A stretch of 64,000 nt of DNA, taken from positions 1,856,001-1,920,000 of the forward strand of contig OY970340.1 in assembly GCA_963717465.1 (NCBI GenBank), written 5' to 3'. Shown here in pieces: positions 61,643-64,000 of this stretch. The stretch comes from Candidatus Bathyarchaeota archaeon (GTDB taxonomy: Archaea; Thermoproteota; Bathyarchaeia; Bathyarchaeales; Bathycorpusculaceae). Position 1 is the first letter of the stretch. Each line of letters starts with the position of its first letter. A program made the translations under genes and the position numbers. Below the pieces are notes generated by a model. It saw only the letters and a list, made by a program, of their open reading frames with translations. It did not search any database and was not told where the DNA came from.

Positions 61643-62911
61643 TTGGATAAACTACCTCCAAGATTGCGGAAAATCGAGTCAGAGAGCGTAAATTTACTCA
61701 AATTATTTCTTTTCAAATTAAAATTTCTAACTTCAAAAAAGAATGTCCCAAACCCAAAGACAATTTACTGGATTCCCACAAACCGAATTATTCATCATAC
61801 AAATTATAATATTGGGAACAATCCAAAAGCTTCCATTAATGATAGAGTTTTTCATAGTAGCATGCGAGGTAAAATCGTTGGTGGAAACTGGGATTTAGGT
61901 GACTATAATTTTGAGGATTTGGATGTTTTCCAAGCTTTCAAAATGAGACTTAGAGACGTAGTTGAATGGAAAGATACAGCATTTTACAGTAGGGTTCTCA
62001 AACAAGCTGAATCCGGCAGGTTTGTATGGAATATCAAAAATAAACATGATTTGGATCAACGCTGTCAAGCTCTGGATGACCTTTATTCCTCAATTAAAAA
62101 TGAAGGATATCAACTGAACTATGATAAGTTTACGAAAGCAATTAACTATGATGAAATCGACGTTAATATTGGAAGAAACGGAGAATATCTTTTCCAGAAT
62201 GGAGTGCATAGACTTTCAATAGCTAAAATACTTGGAATTGAAAAAATCCCAGTTACAGTCTTAGTTAGACACAAAAACTGGATAGATTTCAGAACAAACC
62301 TACTTGAATACTCAAAACAACAAAATAGTAAAAAACTATACCAACCGCCAATTCACCCAGACCTTGATGACATACCATTTAACCAAGAAACTCACGACTG
62401 GCTTCATCTCATGGAAGCAGTTGAAAAAAATCTTATCACAAAAAAAGGCGTAATGCTCGATATAGGCGCAAACCTCGCCTTCTTTTGCCACAAATTCGAA
62501 GACATAGGCTTTTCTTGCATCGCTGTTGAAACAGACCCGATAACTTGCCAAATGGCAGAAAAAATCAGAATCGCCGAAAACAAAAAATTCAAAATCATCA
62601 ACAAATCAATACTAGACCTCGAAAACCTAAAAAGCAAACAATTTGACGTCGTCTTAGCTCTTAATATTTTCCATCATTTCCTAAAAAAACAAGACACTTT
62701 TTATCAATTTAAAAATTTTCTAAAAAACCTAAAAACAACTGAACTTTTTTTCGAGCCCCATACGCATAATGAACGCCAAATGAAAAATGCATACATCAAT
62801 TATAACGAACAAGAATTTGTCAATTTTATATTAGCCAATTCATGCTTAAACAAAGTCAAATTAATATTCTCTGAGCCATCAGGAAGACACGTATACCATT
62901 TATCCAAATAA
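61643..62911 (+). CDS. ParB/Srx-like N-terminal domain fused to a class I SAM methyltransferase
   Basis: LYSSIKNEGY..VNIGRNGE..NGVHRLSIAKILG; then LDIGANLAFF, FDVVLALNIFHH. Confidence 0.75.
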   Translation: MDKLPPRLRKIESESVNLLKLFLFKLKFLTSKKNVPNPKTIYWIPTNRIIHHTNYNIGNNPKASINDRVFHSSMRGKIVGGNWDLGDYNFEDLDVFQAFKMRLRDVVEWKDTAFYSRVLKQAESGRFVWNIKNKHDLDQRCQALDDLYSSIKNEGYQLNYDKFTKAINYDEIDVNIGRNGEYLFQNGVHRLSIAKILGIEKIPVTVLVRHKNWIDFRTNLLEYSKQQNSKKLYQPPIHPDLDDIPFNQETHDWLHLMEAVEKNLITKKGVMLDIGANLAFFCHKFEDIGFSCIAVETDPITCQMAEKIRIAENKKFKIINKSILDLENLKSKQFDVVLALNIFHHFLKKQDTFYQFKNFLKNLKTTELFFEPHTHNERQMKNAYINYNEQEFVNFILANSCLNKVKLIFSEPSGRHVYHLSK

Positions 62912-62990
62912 TTCTGCATAATATTTGTCAATCACATTGAATCCAAGCATCTGTAGGGTTAATCGTGAAGAACGCTTCTAAAACTTTAGC

Positions 62991-63050
62991 AAGTTACCAA
63001 ATGAATAACCATCATCTTTAAGCATAGTTTAGTTACCAAATAAGTAACTA
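62991..63050 (+). promoter_or_regulatory. Paired palindromic operators around a TATA box
   Basis: TAGTTAC-N7-GTAACTA (63030-63050) and imperfect AAGTTAC-N7-ATAACCA (62991-63011), with TTTAAG between them. Confidence 0.65.
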
Positions 63051-63731
63051 TGTCAGAGCCTATTCCAACGTTTGCCCAGCAGGCATATGCGATCTTGTAC
63101 AACAGGTTCGGAGACCAGCCATTAGAATCCAATTACTTGAATTGGTTCTTATCTGAAGGCATGGTTAAAAAAAACCTTGTACTTCTTAGAAAAGAGACGT
63201 TGGATTCAGAGAGTTCGTAAGGGCAGCTAAGTCTGCATAAATCCTGATCAAATCTTTAGAAGCATGGTCCAGTTCAAAGTGCCAAAATTGTTGAGTGAAG
63301 CGACGAGAAAATATGCATACACGAGAGCAAGCGCTGTTGAGGTCTGGACTGATTTCAGCTATATGCAGAGGAGTTGGGAGCACTCACCGTATTTTGTCAA
63401 AGTGTTAAAAGAAGACGAGATATTCTAGAAACAGCATTTCAGAAATCATAAAATCAATGTGTTTGTCAGAGAGGCGCACCCAGCCATAGACGAGTTTGTG
63501 GTCTTGTTTCCGCAGGAAAGATTAGAATATGAAGTTTATGAAGACATGCCCGTTGATAAATTGAACCAAGTCACGAGATTCTGTGAAAGAAACATTGAGA
63601 CCTTCGAGTATACTTTAGCTTATTTGAAGAGCAAATTCGGCGTCAAGACCAAGGCGAAGATAGATAAAAGGGTTTTAGAGGAAGCCGCCCGGGAAGAAAG
63701 CAGAAGCCAGAAAAGCAAACACACGATTTGA
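63050..63731 (+). pseudogene. Degraded AbiEi-like (wHTH) antitoxin/regulator
   Basis: MSEPIPTF..LEKRRWIQRVRKGS*..YTRASAVEVWTD; one A-run frameshift plus in-frame TAA at 63228 and TAG at 63426. Confidence 0.65.
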
Positions 63732-64000
63732 TGCTTAGAATTGTGCTCACAAATACGAGAAAGACAAAATCGTAGCCATGCGAGCGCTTTTCATCTTTGC
63801 GGAAGGGTATTTGGAACCGTTTGACCAGTGGTCTTTTGTTTTTTAATGCGGTGTAAAAGCGATAATGAGGTAGCTATTAAAATTGCAGCTAGTAAAAATT
63901 ATGGTTCCTAAAAGAAAAACTGATTGCAGCGAGAACAAAGAGAATGATCTGGAACCGGTTGATGTTGATGTCGATGTCGGAGAGCTTGAAATCGGAAGGC

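Noticed and set aside
2055..62637. Numerous antisense or nested ORFs (e.g. 18481-, 26415+, 52495-)
   Set aside because: Shadows of well-supported genes with no motifs.
63901..64000. Open frame MVPKRKTD... at the window end
   Set aside because: Only 33 codons visible; cannot be classified.
1..64000. tRNA, rRNA, transposase or integrase genes
   Set aside because: None recognised by eye; tRNAscan-SE and HMM searches would be needed to exclude them.

Overview
Archaeal genomic segment. Domain is supported by archaeal-type S10, TrmI, TrmB/wHTH regulators and DUF2206/DUF1616/DUF996-like proteins; Bathyarchaeia is my inference. Two paralogous surface-glycosylation loci (about 1-19.2 kb and 32.1-57.6 kb) flank a housekeeping and regulator block (atypical kinase, trmI, radical SAM, rps10, TrmB/wHTH cluster). 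The second locus ends in a probable protein-sorting system: a multi-domain exosortase/archaeosortase followed directly by a secreted protein with a C-terminal 'FVLPES-TM-KKR' signal. Toxin-antitoxin modules and relics sit at the locus edges. An AbiE-like module is flanked by two ~110-bp imperfect direct repeats whose 47-48 nt core hairpin shows compensatory substitutions, a K-loop-like apex and an ACA/AUA motif. Many genes, including rps10, carry single-base frameshifts that are most likely sequencing indels. All family calls come from motif recognition by eye, not database searches.
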